64,000 bases of DNA from an uncultured Gammaproteobacteria bacterium. GTDB taxonomy: Bacteria; Patescibacteriota; Patescibacteriia; Magasanikbacterales; UBA922. The stretch lies in the NCBI GenBank assembly GCA_965231005.1, contig OZ246405.1, positions 610,709 to 674,708 on the forward strand, written 5' to 3'. The position numbers and the translations under genes were made by a program. Shown here piece after piece: positions 47,291 through 58,240 of the stretch (the first letter of the stretch is position 1; every line of letters begins with the position of its first letter). The notes under the pieces are model-generated. The model did not search any database. It had not been told where the DNA came from and worked only from the letters and a program-made list of their open reading frames with translations.

Positions 47291-49459
47291 ATGCTAGATA
47301 AATACGCTGAAAAATTTTTATACTGGGGACTTGGTCTTGTCCTTTTTATGCCTATATTATTGGGACGACGTCTTATTTTTCCACTTATAACCACCAAGAC
47401 GTACTTTTTTTATATTTTGGTAGATATTCTTTTCATCATCTATCTTTTCTTACTTACAAAAAAGAAGCTTTATCCTAAAAAGTCAACTTTGCTGTATATG
47501 TTTTTGGGTCTTTCAGGAGTCAAGTTGATTATTGATTTGTTTGGGATAAACGCATTGAATAGTTTTTGGGGAAATTACGAGCGTATGATGGGAGGGTATA
47601 CATTAATTCATCTGACAATATATTTGTGGATGCTTCTTGCTGTTTACAACACACCGAAAAAGTATATTCGTCTTTTGGATGTCAGTGTATTTGTGAGTTT
47701 TTTGATGAGCATATACGCGCTACTAGAAAAGTTTCAAGTCAGTATTCCTTATGTAATCCAGTCGTTTGATGCTCGTGTGCAGGGGACACTTGGAAATGCG
47801 GCTTTTCTTGCAAGCTTTTTATTGATTCATGTCTTTTTGTCAGCTTTTTTGCTTGCGAAAAGAAAAGATTCATATTGGTCAATTTGGTATGGGATTGTAT
47901 GTATACTCAATCTCACAGTGCTATTTTTTACAGGAACAAGAGGAGCACTTGTGGGTCTGTTTTTTGGATTAATTGGAATGGTTTCCCTTATACTGTTTAG
48001 GTCAAAAAATAAAAAAGTCGGCCTATTAGCGGCCGGTGTTGTCGGTCTTGTTCTTTTGTCTGCTATTTCGTTATTTTCAATGAAAGACAGTTCTTTTGTG
48101 CAAAGCAGTGAATTGTTGAGAAGAGTCAGTTCTTTCAGTATTTCAGAAGGAACTGGGTATAATAGGTTGCTTCTTTGGAAGATGAGTATTGGTGCAATGA
48201 AAGACAGGCCTCTTTTGGGATATGGTGGAAATAATATAAGAATCCCTTTGGACAAGCATCATGATTATCGGCTTGAAGAAGAGTGGTATGATAGTTCACA
48301 TAGTCAATTTTTTGATGAATTACTAGCTCATGGCGTTGTTGGTTTTTTGTTTTATATTTCATTCTTGGTTTTATTGATGAAGAACATCGTACAAGCGTAT
48401 CATAAGAATCCCATGTTCAGTATTTTTTTCACAGGACTATTTACTTCTTATATTATTCAAAGTTTTTTCATTTTTGATTCTATTGCCGTAAGTTTTATTT
48501 TCTTTTCTGTGTTGGGGTTTGTGTTGGTTACTATTGAAACGGACACAGATACAATAAAACGCTTGCTTCCAAAATATGTTTCTTATCCGTTAATGGTGCT
48601 ATTAGTCATGTTTTTAAGTGTTGTATATTTACGAAGTATCCCTGTTGCAGCAAAGGTCTTAGATGGGTACAGGTTGGTGAGTACAAATCCTGATGCAGCA
48701 ACAGAAACATTTTTAGATGCAGATCAACAGGCAATTTTTGGATATGATATTATCGCTCCTTCAATGGCTGAGGGATATGTAGAAGTATTTAAACAAAGGC
48801 AAAAATTTTCAAAGGAACAATTCATAACGTACATTGAAGCGATTGAAAAAATTTACAAGCATGCAGAGGAAAAATCCAATGGATATTCTAAGTTTCAAAT
48901 GAATTTGGCAAAGATGTATCAGCTCGCTGGTTTTGTAAGTCCAGAGTACTCAGAAAAATCTACTGCCATTCTAGAAGAGCTCATTGAAACTGCGCCTACA
49001 AGAGTAGATCCATATTATGCACTTGCGCAGGAATACTACAACAAAGATGATTTCGCGACTGCTGAAAAAATTATGGTGGATGCATTGAAGTTTGAAGCAA
49101 AGCATGGGCGCACCTATAGAAATCTAGCTCAAATGAGACTTGGGAAAGGTGATCCTATATTGGCAGCAGACAATATTATCAAAGCGCATAGTCTGGGTGG
49201 TATGCAAGATACTGATTATGGTTTGCTAGAAAAATTTTCAAAAATGCTAGTAGAAAAAGAAGACTGGGACCGTTTGCTGCAGGTACTATTTATTATGAAT
49301 GACGTGTATCCGGAAACGCCGTATGTATATTCAAACATAAGTGTGACATACAAAAAAATGGGTAACGAGGAATTGAACAAAGAATGGAAAGAAAAAACAA
49401 AAAGTCTTATTCAAAAAAGGGGAGGAAAAGAAAAAAGAACTAATTTTCTAGATTTATGA
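47291..49459 (+). CDS. O-antigen ligase-like polymerase fused to a C-terminal TPR domain
   Basis: Polytopic membrane protein with the FTGTRGALVGL motif. A ~250-aa TPR-like C-terminus. Confidence 0.55.
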   Translation: MLDKYAEKFLYWGLGLVLFMPILLGRRLIFPLITTKTYFFYILVDILFIIYLFLLTKKKLYPKKSTLLYMFLGLSGVKLIIDLFGINALNSFWGNYERMMGGYTLIHLTIYLWMLLAVYNTPKKYIRLLDVSVFVSFLMSIYALLEKFQVSIPYVIQSFDARVQGTLGNAAFLASFLLIHVFLSAFLLAKRKDSYWSIWYGIVCILNLTVLFFTGTRGALVGLFFGLIGMVSLILFRSKNKKVGLLAAGVVGLVLLSAISLFSMKDSSFVQSSELLRRVSSFSISEGTGYNRLLLWKMSIGAMKDRPLLGYGGNNIRIPLDKHHDYRLEEEWYDSSHSQFFDELLAHGVVGFLFYISFLVLLMKNIVQAYHKNPMFSIFFTGLFTSYIIQSFFIFDSIAVSFIFFSVLGFVLVTIETDTDTIKRLLPKYVSYPLMVLLVMFLSVVYLRSIPVAAKVLDGYRLVSTNPDAATETFLDADQQAIFGYDIIAPSMAEGYVEVFKQRQKFSKEQFITYIEAIEKIYKHAEEKSNGYSKFQMNLAKMYQLAGFVSPEYSEKSTAILEELIETAPTRVDPYYALAQEYYNKDDFATAEKIMVDALKFEAKHGRTYRNLAQMRLGKGDPILAADNIIKAHSLGGMQDTDYGLLEKFSKMLVEKEDWDRLLQVLFIMNDVYPETPYVYSNISVTYKKMGNEELNKEWKEKTKSLIQKRGGKEKRTNFLDL

Positions 49460-51483
49460 CGAATCGAATAAAGTTTATAATTAAATGTCTTACAGGCGCA
49501 ACGTTTCTTGCTCCTTTGGTGTTATTACCACAACATTTTGTCTTTCCATTCATTGTCGGGAAGATTTTTTTGTTTCGTTCAATTGTGTTATTAATGCTTG
49601 GTACATACATTGTCCTCTTTTTGAATGACCCAGATCGTTATAAGATTCGTCTAAATCCAGTACATATCGCTGTTATCCTTTTTTTGGTAAGTTTTACAGT
49701 TTCGTCCTTTGTAGGGGTTGATTGGTACAAAAGTTTTTGGGATAGTCATGAGCGTATGCTTGGTCTATTTACTATTATTCATTATATTATTTATTATTTC
49801 ATTATTTCCACGGTACTGTCTGGATGGAAGGACTGGCATTGGATGTTTCGGATCTTTTTGTTTCTCGGTGGAATTGTCATGGTTTTGGGTATTTGGCAAA
49901 AAGTTGTTGATCCACAAGCATTTCTCAATAATGGAAATAACAGGGTCTCTTCAACACTTGGTAATCCTATATATTTTAGTGGATACGGTTTGTTTTTATT
50001 CTTCAGCGGTTTATTATCTACCTTTTTAGAAGAAAAAAAATCTTGGAAATTTTACTCATTACTCGTATGTTTTCTTGGTTTTTTGGGAATTTTCTTAGGT
50101 GGGACAAGAGGAACATTGATTGGTTTGATTGCTGGAATTGTCGCAGCAGGGGTTGGTTATTTTTTTGGTTTGAAAAAAAATAAGATGGTGAGAAGATCTT
50201 TAATTACAGTTGGAGTTTTGGTTTTAGTAGTGGCTGGTTTGTTATTTTCGTTTAGAAAAACAAATGTTGTAAACAACATCCCGACTATTGGAAGGCTGCT
50301 GAATAGCTCGATAATTGAAGGTACTGGTAGTACACGTCTTATGGCATGGAGTATCGCAATTGATGCGTGGAAAGAAAAACCGATATTTGGTTCAGGTCCT
50401 AATAATTTTTATTATAGTTTTAATAAATTTTATAATCCGAAGTTCTTGGAGTATGGGATAGGGGAGACATGGTTTGATAATGCACATAGCGCACTTCTCA
50501 ATACCCTTGCTGTCCAAGGAGTGTTGGGCTTTGTTACATATATTGGTTTATTTTTTTCTGCCGTACTTGTATTGTGGAGGAAAACAAAACAAGGTGATTT
50601 TCTGTTAAACATTCATATTATAAGTATATCTTCGGGATTTTTGATTGCTCATTTTTTCCACAATGCATTTGTGTTTGAAAATCCTACGTCGTTTTTATAT
50701 TTTTTCTTTTTCTTAGCTTTTGTCAGTAGCATTACTTCAAAAGATATTGCTGTTGAAAAAAACAAGAAAACAAAAAATGTAACATTAAGTTTTGTTTCTA
50801 TTGTTGCTATTATCATTCTTTTACTGATATATACGACAAACGTCAATCCAGCAAGGGCTAATAATAGAACATTAGATATGATACGAAATGCCTACAGTGG
50901 TGGAGACGTGACATTGCTTTATGAGGATATGATAGGTATTCCTTCACCTCATATAGATGATATGCGAATTGATTTTAGCAGAACCGTGTATAGGATTATA
51001 CCTGAATTGGTTAAGCGAGGTCGCTCTGAAGAAGCAAAAAAAATATTTGAACTTGCGTATAACGAGTTAGGAAAAAATTTAGACCTTCACCCGCTAGATA
51101 TTAGGGTACATATTTTAAGATCACAATTGGCAGAGGCTGTTGCAGATCTGACAAAGAGTGTGCCACTTTTGATTGAGTCAGAAAAAATGTTAGAGCAAGC
51201 GTTGGTGCATTCACCAAAGAGACAGCAAATCCAATATATGCTTTCCATTATTAAGTTAAAGTTACAAAAATTTGACGAAGCCATCGTCTTGTTAGAGACA
51301 ACAATAAATAATAATGAAGTGTTAGGTGAGGGGTGGTGGAGACTTGCTCTTATCTATAGAGAGTTGGGAGATGAAGAAAAAGCAAGATCTATAATTGAAA
51401 AAGCAGTTGAGCGTAATGTGTTCTTTGATTATGGAATTGGTAGGCAAATTGCAGAAGAAATTTTACCAGGTTCTACTCAGTAA
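49456..51483 (+). CDS. Paralogous O-antigen ligase-like polymerase with a C-terminal TPR domain
   Basis: Same architecture (LGGTRGTLIGL motif, C-terminal TPR). Overlaps the previous gene by 4 nt. Confidence 0.55.
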   Translation: MTNRIKFIIKCLTGATFLAPLVLLPQHFVFPFIVGKIFLFRSIVLLMLGTYIVLFLNDPDRYKIRLNPVHIAVILFLVSFTVSSFVGVDWYKSFWDSHERMLGLFTIIHYIIYYFIISTVLSGWKDWHWMFRIFLFLGGIVMVLGIWQKVVDPQAFLNNGNNRVSSTLGNPIYFSGYGLFLFFSGLLSTFLEEKKSWKFYSLLVCFLGFLGIFLGGTRGTLIGLIAGIVAAGVGYFFGLKKNKMVRRSLITVGVLVLVVAGLLFSFRKTNVVNNIPTIGRLLNSSIIEGTGSTRLMAWSIAIDAWKEKPIFGSGPNNFYYSFNKFYNPKFLEYGIGETWFDNAHSALLNTLAVQGVLGFVTYIGLFFSAVLVLWRKTKQGDFLLNIHIISISSGFLIAHFFHNAFVFENPTSFLYFFFFLAFVSSITSKDIAVEKNKKTKNVTLSFVSIVAIIILLLIYTTNVNPARANNRTLDMIRNAYSGGDVTLLYEDMIGIPSPHIDDMRIDFSRTVYRIIPELVKRGRSEEAKKIFELAYNELGKNLDLHPLDIRVHILRSQLAEAVADLTKSVPLLIESEKMLEQALVHSPKRQQIQYMLSIIKLKLQKFDEAIVLLETTINNNEVLGEGWWRLALIYRELGDEEKARSIIEKAVERNVFFDYGIGRQIAEEILPGSTQ

Positions 51484-52639
51484 GGTATATTTTTTCGGTT
51501 GAAATTATCATTTTTTCAAGAGAATATGCTTGCACATCCTTGTATGCTTGGGATGCCAAGGTCTCCAAGGTTTTTTTGTGCTCAATTGCGTATATAATAT
51601 TTTTTGATAAATGTTCAATATCTTGAGATTTGGTCAGTAGACCATTTTTTTTGTCTTTTACCAAAGAACTGACTCCTCCTACATCTGAAGCAATAACTGG
51701 AATATGTGAAGACATGGCTTCTAGAATCACATAGGGAAGTCCTTCTTTTCTAGATGGAAGAATAAAGAGGTCAAATGAGGGGAGCAAATTTGCAGCATTA
51801 TCGATATTTCCAGTAAGGTGGACAATCTGCGTTAGCCCTTTTTGTAATATTATTTTTTCAAGTTTCTTTCGATGGGGTCCATCTCCAATAATGATACATT
51901 GGATTTTTTCCTTTGTTTTTTTGTCTAATTTGGCAATTGCATAAAGTAATATATCCACCCCCTTTGTATTATAGAAATTTGCAATTGTTCCGAGCCAGAT
52001 TTTTTGGATGTCTACATGTTGTTTAGTATATTTGGACAGTTCTTTTTTTGCATCATCTTGATTTAGGATGGTTTTTTCATTAATCATTGATATTCCAAGG
52101 GGGACCAGGTGTATTTTTTTTGTACTAATACGGAGTTTTTTTTGTGCGTCTTTTTCGTCTTGTGGAGATAGTACAATAACAGCATCTTTTAGTTTTGATG
52201 TTATGTATTCTAAAAATATATATGTGCTTTTCAATAATGTACTGATTTGTTCGTTAAAGACCCATCCATGAGCTGTATAGACGATTTTTAATGGTTTTCT
52301 ATAGAATATTTTTACAAGAGAACCAAGCACGCCTGCTTTAGAGCTATTAAGATGAATGATATTTGGTTGAATCTTTCTACATAGCAATATTATTTCTACA
52401 AGTGCAAGAAGATCGTTACTAGGGGATAGTCTTCTAAGAAGAAAATTTAGCTTAAATAAGGAGATTTTTGTCTTTTTTTCTTTATTGGAGTGCATGATTT
52501 TCATTGAAAGGTCTCCTTTTTTCCCTTTTTTTCCAAATGCAACAAAGATTTTATGCTCTCTTTTGGAGAGATGAATTGCAGTATCAAAAACATATCTCTG
52601 GGCACCTCCCCAGGTATCTTGCGTTATAATATATAGAAT
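51473..52639 (-). CDS. Glycosyltransferase family 4 with no canonical start codon
   Basis: The frame stays open upstream of Met 52504 to a TAG at 52688-52690. It encodes KILYIITQDTWGGAQRYVFDTAIHL, a typical GT4 N-terminus, with no ATG/GTG/TTG. An ATT at 52637-52639 is a possible start. Confidence 0.55.
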   Translation of the reverse strand: MLYIITQDTWGGAQRYVFDTAIHLSKREHKIFVAFGKKGKKGDLSMKIMHSNKEKKTKISLFKLNFLLRRLSPSNDLLALVEIILLCRKIQPNIIHLNSSKAGVLGSLVKIFYRKPLKIVYTAHGWVFNEQISTLLKSTYIFLEYITSKLKDAVIVLSPQDEKDAQKKLRISTKKIHLVPLGISMINEKTILNQDDAKKELSKYTKQHVDIQKIWLGTIANFYNTKGVDILLYAIAKLDKKTKEKIQCIIIGDGPHRKKLEKIILQKGLTQIVHLTGNIDNAANLLPSFDLFILPSRKEGLPYVILEAMSSHIPVIASDVGGVSSLVKDKKNGLLTKSQDIEHLSKNIIYAIEHKKTLETLASQAYKDVQAYSLEKMIISTEKIYLTE

Positions 52640-52878
52640 TTTTAGCGTGTTGTCTTTTTTGATATTTTTATTTAAACACTTTTTTCGCTAAATGTAGTAT
52701 AGTATGGTTGCAAGAAATTTTCAAATTCAGCAAGAATCTGTAGATATAGGCTTAGTTATCCACATATGGTGCACTATTAGTGCAAAAGTATAGATAGTGT
52801 GGTATAATTTATGTATGAACTGTACGCAGTCCATATTTGTGTAATGCAGTCATAGTTTTTAAAAAGAAGAATTACGTT

Positions 52879-53337
52879 ATGAAGAAACAAAAGAGTGGTG
52901 CATTAGTTGAGAACGAAACCTTGCTTAAAATAATAGCAGGTTTACTAGTGGTAATTACTTTAATTGTACTTTGGTATGCATTTGATTTTTCACCAAACTC
53001 AGATGATGTGGATGGGGGTCAGATTCAACCAGGTTTAGGTCAGGAAATAGGAAGTGTTTCTTCAGGAGACAAAAGTGACAAGAAAGCAGCAGTTGGTCAA
53101 AATAATAATGAAGCAGATATGATTGTCAAAGCTGTGCGGAAACACATGCTTCTTCCAAAGGGAGCAGTCAAAGTATCAAATGTTGTAGATCCTGTCCCAC
53201 TTCAAAATGAAAATCCTCTTGCTTTTCAATATTTGAAAAAAGATCATAAATTGTTGTACTACCCCAATGGATTGATCATTTATGATATGAGTCTTGATAG
53301 AATTGTTGATGTAATTCGGGCTCCGGTATTTAACTAA
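52879..53337 (+). CDS. Hypothetical membrane-anchored protein
   Basis: MKKQKSG... followed by helix LLKIIAGLLVVITLIVLWYAF. Confidence 0.35.
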   Translation: MKKQKSGALVENETLLKIIAGLLVVITLIVLWYAFDFSPNSDDVDGGQIQPGLGQEIGSVSSGDKSDKKAAVGQNNNEADMIVKAVRKHMLLPKGAVKVSNVVDPVPLQNENPLAFQYLKKDHKLLYYPNGLIIYDMSLDRIVDVIRAPVFN

Positions 53338-53456
53338 AAATTATTAATTATTTTATTTATTTTTGAAATATTTCTTTCCTCAGAAGTAAGGAGGTTTTGC
53401 AGGAGACCCCACTGGTATTTTTGAGAAAGTAATATTTTCTAATTTAACATTTAAGT

Positions 53457-54524
53457 ATGATAAATTCCAAAGCATTGGAAAATAGCAGAAAGAGCATCTT
53501 GTCCGCTTTCTACTGTTTTCTTTTAGCCATGGCAGTGGCACTAATACTGTTTGTTCCTACGAGTTTTGCCTCAGCAGCCTCAACATTCGGAAACAATGTC
53601 TCGATAGGTGGGACTCTTACCCAGACAGGAGCAGCAACATTTGACGGAGTAATTCAACCAGCGTCAAACAATGGTGAAGACATTGGAGCATATGGTGCAG
53701 CATGGAGTGAAGTGTTTGCATCAGGAACAGTTCACATTGGTGAAGTAACAAGCGCAAATGAATCTACAACAGCAGGAGATGTAAACATTGGTGGACAGCT
53801 TGTCGTAGACGATGAAATTTTTGCAAGTAGTACGATTACAGTACAAACATCTATTCTTCCATATTCACACGATGGAGCTGACATTGGTACAAATGGTACA
53901 GCAGCATGGAATGACCTGTACACATCAGGAACAGCATTCATAGGTGATGTAAATAGTTCCAATCAGGCAACAACAGCAGGAGATGTGAATATTGGTGGAC
54001 AACTTGTAGTAGATGATGAGATTTATGCAAGTAGTACAATTACCGTACAAACATCAATTTTGCCATATTCACATGATGGAGCTGACATTGGTACAAATGG
54101 AACAGCAGCATGGAATGACCTGTACACATCAGGAACAGCATTCATAGGTGATGTAAATAGTTCCAATCAGGCAACAACAGCAGGAGATGTGAATATTGGT
54201 GGACAACTTGTAGTAGATGATGAGATTTATGCAAGTAGTACAATTACCGTACAAACATCAATTTTGCCATATTCACATGATGGAGTTGACGTTGGTGGAT
54301 GGACTCAGGCATTTAACGATGTATTTGCATCAGGAACTATGAGGAATGCAACTAGCACGACACATAATACAACTGGATCAAGTACATTGTACATAAAGAG
54401 TGGTTTAGCTAATGTGGGCGGAAGGATAGTTATTGAGGATCTTGATGGAGCCGGCTGTAGTCAACTTATGGTTTTGAACGGAACACTTACAACAAGATCA
54501 GTTACATGTCCTGATGATAAGTAA
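53457..54524 (+). CDS. Secreted protein built of 68-aa tandem repeats
   Basis: Signal peptide. Repeats GDVNSSNQATTAGDVNIGGQLVVDDEIYASSTITVQTSILPYSHDGADIGTNGTAAWNDLYTSGTAFI. Confidence 0.5.
   Translation: MINSKALENSRKSILSAFYCFLLAMAVALILFVPTSFASAASTFGNNVSIGGTLTQTGAATFDGVIQPASNNGEDIGAYGAAWSEVFASGTVHIGEVTSANESTTAGDVNIGGQLVVDDEIFASSTITVQTSILPYSHDGADIGTNGTAAWNDLYTSGTAFIGDVNSSNQATTAGDVNIGGQLVVDDEIYASSTITVQTSILPYSHDGADIGTNGTAAWNDLYTSGTAFIGDVNSSNQATTAGDVNIGGQLVVDDEIYASSTITVQTSILPYSHDGVDVGGWTQAFNDVFASGTMRNATSTTHNTTGSSTLYIKSGLANVGGRIVIEDLDGAGCSQLMVLNGTLTTRSVTCPDDK
53737..54284 (+). repeat. 204-bp tandem repeat, ~2.7 copies; copies 2 and 3 are essentially identical at the nucleotide level
   Basis: 53941-54144 equals 54145-54284 base for base. 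Copy 1 (53737-53940) is diverged. Confidence 0.6.
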
Positions 54525-54642
54525 TCAGCACTTAATTAATTTGTTGAACCATCCTTACTAAACTAATGTTAGTACCTATGAAAAGTTTACACATTATAAT
54601 TTTAAAGATGATCAACAGTCAATTATCTAAATTAACAAATCT

Positions 54643-56040
54643 ATGATGAACAAACTAAAGCATTATATAGTCTTGTTCTCAGTTCTAGTGCTGGTGGTTC
54701 CTGCTGTTACACTATCCGCGAATGATGTCACCTTTGAGAGTGGTGCCTCCATTCAGCTATCTGGGGATTCGTCTAATTATATCGTTGGTACAGACACGAC
54801 TTTTCAGTCCATGACCGCAAATCCAACAAATTTCAGCTTTGTTGTTGTGGGAAGCTCGTATATTGATCTAACATCTTCTGATAAAAGATCTTTTACAGTT
54901 ACGGGAAATACAAGCTGTGCGTTAGTTCGTACTTGTGGTGAATCAAGTTCACAAATAACGCTCGATTGTCCAGGTAGTATATCTGAGACTACGATAACTG
55001 TGACACCTGGGGAAACCTGTGTTCAAGGTACATCAGGAAGTTATACTGATCCTGCACCTGCACCTTCGTCTTCTGGATCATCATCTGGTTCAACTTCATC
55101 TGGCAGTTCAGCAACAAAAAAAGATGAGCCAAAGAAAACAGAGACCAAAACAACAGAGACAAAAACAACAAATGTTGTGAGACAAACATACTCAACAGGA
55201 TCAAGCACAAAGACGACTATTGCAAACACAACACATACTGTGAAAGTTATCACAGCTGGTACAAATGAAGCCACAGTTTCTATTCAGTCTGATCCAATAA
55301 CATTGGAGCTTATCAAAAATATTGCACAAGATATCGATACTGATGGTAATGGAATGAATGATCTTCGTGTAACATATTTTGGTCTTGTTGATGGCAAAGC
55401 AGACATTAAACTTGAAGCCATTACAGAAAAACCAGGTGATACAGCAAAAAGCACTGTCTGTCCATTGCAAGAGAAAAAAGCCTATAAGCATCCTGGATCT
55501 AGAGCAGTATATTTTGTAACAGCAAAGTGTACAAAGCGAGCATTTAAGAATCCAAATATTTTCTTCTCATACTTTACGTCATGGAAGGATGTTCGTGGTG
55601 CAACAAAAGCAACACTAGACAAGATTCCAAATGATGCATTGTCATTTATGCCATGGGGTCCAAAATATGATCCACAGTATGGAGCACTAGTAAAGATTAC
55701 TTCTGATCCAAAAGTATACTTACTGCTTGGAACTGAAAAATATTGGATTACTTCAGAGTCAGTATTTAATGCTCTAAAATATTCATGGAATTGGATAGAA
55801 GATGTAGCAGAAGATCTTTTGGATAAATACACAACTGGATCTGAGATCACTGATACAAGCAAACATCCAAATCACACACTCATTAAATATGCAGATAGTC
55901 CAAAAGTTTACAAACTTATGGACGGCAAGAAACGGCATATTAAGAATGAGGCTGCATTCAACAAGTTGAAATATAGATGGGATAGAATAGTTACGATTGA
56001 TAAGTCAGAGACATATCCAGATGGAGCAGAGTTGAAGTAG
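54643..56040 (+). CDS. Secreted hypothetical protein with a Ser/Thr-rich linker
   Basis: Signal peptide MMNKLKHYIVLFSVLVLVVPAVTLSA. SSSGSSSGSTSSGSS linker. Confidence 0.45.
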   Translation: MMNKLKHYIVLFSVLVLVVPAVTLSANDVTFESGASIQLSGDSSNYIVGTDTTFQSMTANPTNFSFVVVGSSYIDLTSSDKRSFTVTGNTSCALVRTCGESSSQITLDCPGSISETTITVTPGETCVQGTSGSYTDPAPAPSSSGSSSGSTSSGSSATKKDEPKKTETKTTETKTTNVVRQTYSTGSSTKTTIANTTHTVKVITAGTNEATVSIQSDPITLELIKNIAQDIDTDGNGMNDLRVTYFGLVDGKADIKLEAITEKPGDTAKSTVCPLQEKKAYKHPGSRAVYFVTAKCTKRAFKNPNIFFSYFTSWKDVRGATKATLDKIPNDALSFMPWGPKYDPQYGALVKITSDPKVYLLLGTEKYWITSESVFNALKYSWNWIEDVAEDLLDKYTTGSEITDTSKHPNHTLIKYADSPKVYKLMDGKKRHIKNEAAFNKLKYRWDRIVTIDKSETYPDGAELK

Positions 56041-56054
56041 TAAAACCTGTATAT

Positions 56055-56084
56055 AAAAAACCCGACCAAACGGTCGGGTTTTTC
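56055..56084 (+). terminator. Rho-independent terminator aaaaaacccgaccaaacggtcgggtttttc
   Basis: 9-bp stem and T-run. Confidence 0.55.
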
Positions 56085-56086
56085 TT

Positions 56087-56115
56087 TTGACAAATTGACA
56101 AATATGATGTATGAT
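56087..56115 (+). promoter_or_regulatory. Sigma70 promoter TTGACA-17-TATGAT upstream of the UXS-GT operon
   Basis: TTGACA at 56087-56092. TATGAT at 56110-56115. Confidence 0.5.
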
Positions 56116-56144
56116 ACAGCAAAAAGACAATATTTTGCTAAAAT

Positions 56145-57098
56145 ATGCAAAAAAAGAAGACAATTTTAGTCACAGGTGGCGCAGGATTTATTGGATCTCA
56201 TTTATGTGATTCTTTACTGGAAAAAGGTCATGATGTAATTTGTGTTGACAATTTTTTTACTGGATCAAGAGACAACATTTCTCACCTTCTTGAAAGATCA
56301 GATTTTACATTTGTTGAACATGATATTATTGATCCATTTTTTATAGATAAAAAAGTAGACCAGGTCTACAATCTTGCTTGCCCTGCAAGTCCAATTCATT
56401 ATCAAGTAAATCCAGTTAGGACAATTAAGGCAAACACAATAGGAATGATTAATGTCCTTGGGCTTGCGCGAAAGCATGATGCTAGAATACTCCAAGCATC
56501 TACTTCTGAAGTATATGGTGATCCCAAAGTTCATCCTCAGGCAGAAGATTATAAAGGAAGTGTTAGTACTACTGGACCGCGAGCATGTTATGACGAAGGA
56601 AAGCGATGTGCAGAAACACTTTGTTTTGATTATCATCGCATGCATGGAATGGAAATAAAAGTTGTAAGAATTTTTAATACCTATGGACCACGAATGGCTT
56701 TTGATGATGGTAGAGTTGTTTCAAATTTTATTCTTCAAGCCTTGCAAGGAGAGAACATAACAATGTATGGAGATGGTAGTCAGACACGAAGTTTTTGTTA
56801 TGTAGATGATTTGGTTCGCGGGTTAATTGCAATGATGAATAGTGAGGCTGCGTTTATGGGTCCAGTTAATCTTGGAAATCCAGATGAATATTCTATGCTT
56901 CAGCTTGCTGAAAAAATACTAGCGCTTTCAAATTCCTCTAGTAGCCTTGTTTACAAACCACTTCCAGAAGATGATCCAAAAAGACGAAAACCAGACATTA
57001 CTCTCGCAAAGAAAATTCTTAGCTGGGAACCAACAATTTTACTTGAAGAAGGATTAAAGAAAACAATTGAAAATTTCAGAGCTAGACTGAATGTATGA
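56145..57098 (+). CDS. uxs: UDP-glucuronate decarboxylase (UDP-xylose synthase), SDR family
   Basis: [59 protein letters not shown]. Confidence 0.85.
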   Translation: MQKKKTILVTGGAGFIGSHLCDSLLEKGHDVICVDNFFTGSRDNISHLLERSDFTFVEHDIIDPFFIDKKVDQVYNLACPASPIHYQVNPVRTIKANTIGMINVLGLARKHDARILQASTSEVYGDPKVHPQAEDYKGSVSTTGPRACYDEGKRCAETLCFDYHRMHGMEIKVVRIFNTYGPRMAFDDGRVVSNFILQALQGENITMYGDGSQTRSFCYVDDLVRGLIAMMNSEAAFMGPVNLGNPDEYSMLQLAEKILALSNSSSSLVYKPLPEDDPKRRKPDITLAKKILSWEPTILLEEGLKKTIENFRARLNV

Positions 57099-58240
57099 AG
57101 CGGATACTAATTTTTTCCACTGCCTATATTCCATTTATTGGAGGGGCAGAGGTTGCTGTTAAAGAAATTACTGATCGTATTGAATCATATTCATTCGACA
57201 TGATAACAGCAAAAATGGATAGAGCACTTCCTGCTCACGAACGAGTTGGAAATATAGATGTATATCGTATCGGTATTGGAATTCCAATTATCGATAAATT
57301 TTTTTTAGCATTATTTGGTCATCGAAAAGCGTTGCAACTTCACAAGAAAAATCACTATGATCTTGTATGGTCCATTATGGCAAGTTATAGTGGTTTTGCA
57401 GCATCAACTTTTAAGAAAAAAAGTGGCGTAAAATTGTTGCTAACGCTTCAAGAAGGAGATCCATTTGAATATATTCTAAAGAAAGTTCGTTTTGTAAGAA
57501 AACGATTTGATGACATTTTTGGTCGTGCAGATGGCTTGCAAGCAATTAGTAATTATCTTATGAAGTGGGGGAAAGAGATGGGGTTTACAGGAAGTATTGC
57601 ACAGGTTGTTCCAAATGGTGTTGACGTAAAAAGGTTTCGTGTTGAAATATCAAAAGAACAAATAGCGACGCAGCGGCAAGGATTTGGTTTTGATGACAAT
57701 GCGTATATTCTTGTAACTGCTTCACGATTAGTAAAGAAAAATGGTGTTGAGCATGTTATCCAATCACTTGAACAACTTCCAACTCATGTTTGTTTTGTTG
57801 TTTGCGGTACAGGAGAACTACAACCTCAATTAGAAACATTGGTTAGAAAATTAAATCTTTCATCTCGCGTTTTGTTTTTGGGAAATGTTTCACATAAGAA
57901 TCTTCCAACAATTTTAAAGGCAAGTGATGTCTTTATTCGCCCTTCGCTCAGTGAAGGATTGGGAAATGCCTTTCTTGAGGGAATGGCTGCGGGGCTTCCA
58001 ACAATTGGCACACCAGTCGGGGGTATTCCTGATTTTCTTGAAGACAGAAAAACAGGATTTTTATGTAAACCTGAAAATCCAGAGTCAATTGTGAATGCAG
58101 TTAAAAATATTATGAGTCTTTCAGCACAAGAATGGGAACAGATTCAACAAAATGCATTTCAGACTATTGAAGAAGCATATACATGGGCATCTGTTCATAA
58201 CAAAATGAAACAAATATTTAATACTATATGCGCCTCTTAA
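57095..58240 (+). CDS. Glycosyltransferase family 4
   Basis: [34 protein letters not shown]. Confidence 0.75.
   Translation: MKRILIFSTAYIPFIGGAEVAVKEITDRIESYSFDMITAKMDRALPAHERVGNIDVYRIGIGIPIIDKFFLALFGHRKALQLHKKNHYDLVWSIMASYSGFAASTFKKKSGVKLLLTLQEGDPFEYILKKVRFVRKRFDDIFGRADGLQAISNYLMKWGKEMGFTGSIAQVVPNGVDVKRFRVEISKEQIATQRQGFGFDDNAYILVTASRLVKKNGVEHVIQSLEQLPTHVCFVVCGTGELQPQLETLVRKLNLSSRVLFLGNVSHKNLPTILKASDVFIRPSLSEGLGNAFLEGMAAGLPTIGTPVGGIPDFLEDRKTGFLCKPENPESIVNAVKNIMSLSAQEWEQIQQNAFQTIEEAYTWASVHNKMKQIFNTICAS

Noticed and set aside
53737-54284. Possible CRISPR array (regular repeats)
   Set aside because: The repeats are 204 bp, contiguous without spacers, and in frame inside a protein-coding gene. 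No short repeat/spacer array or cas genes were seen anywhere in the window.
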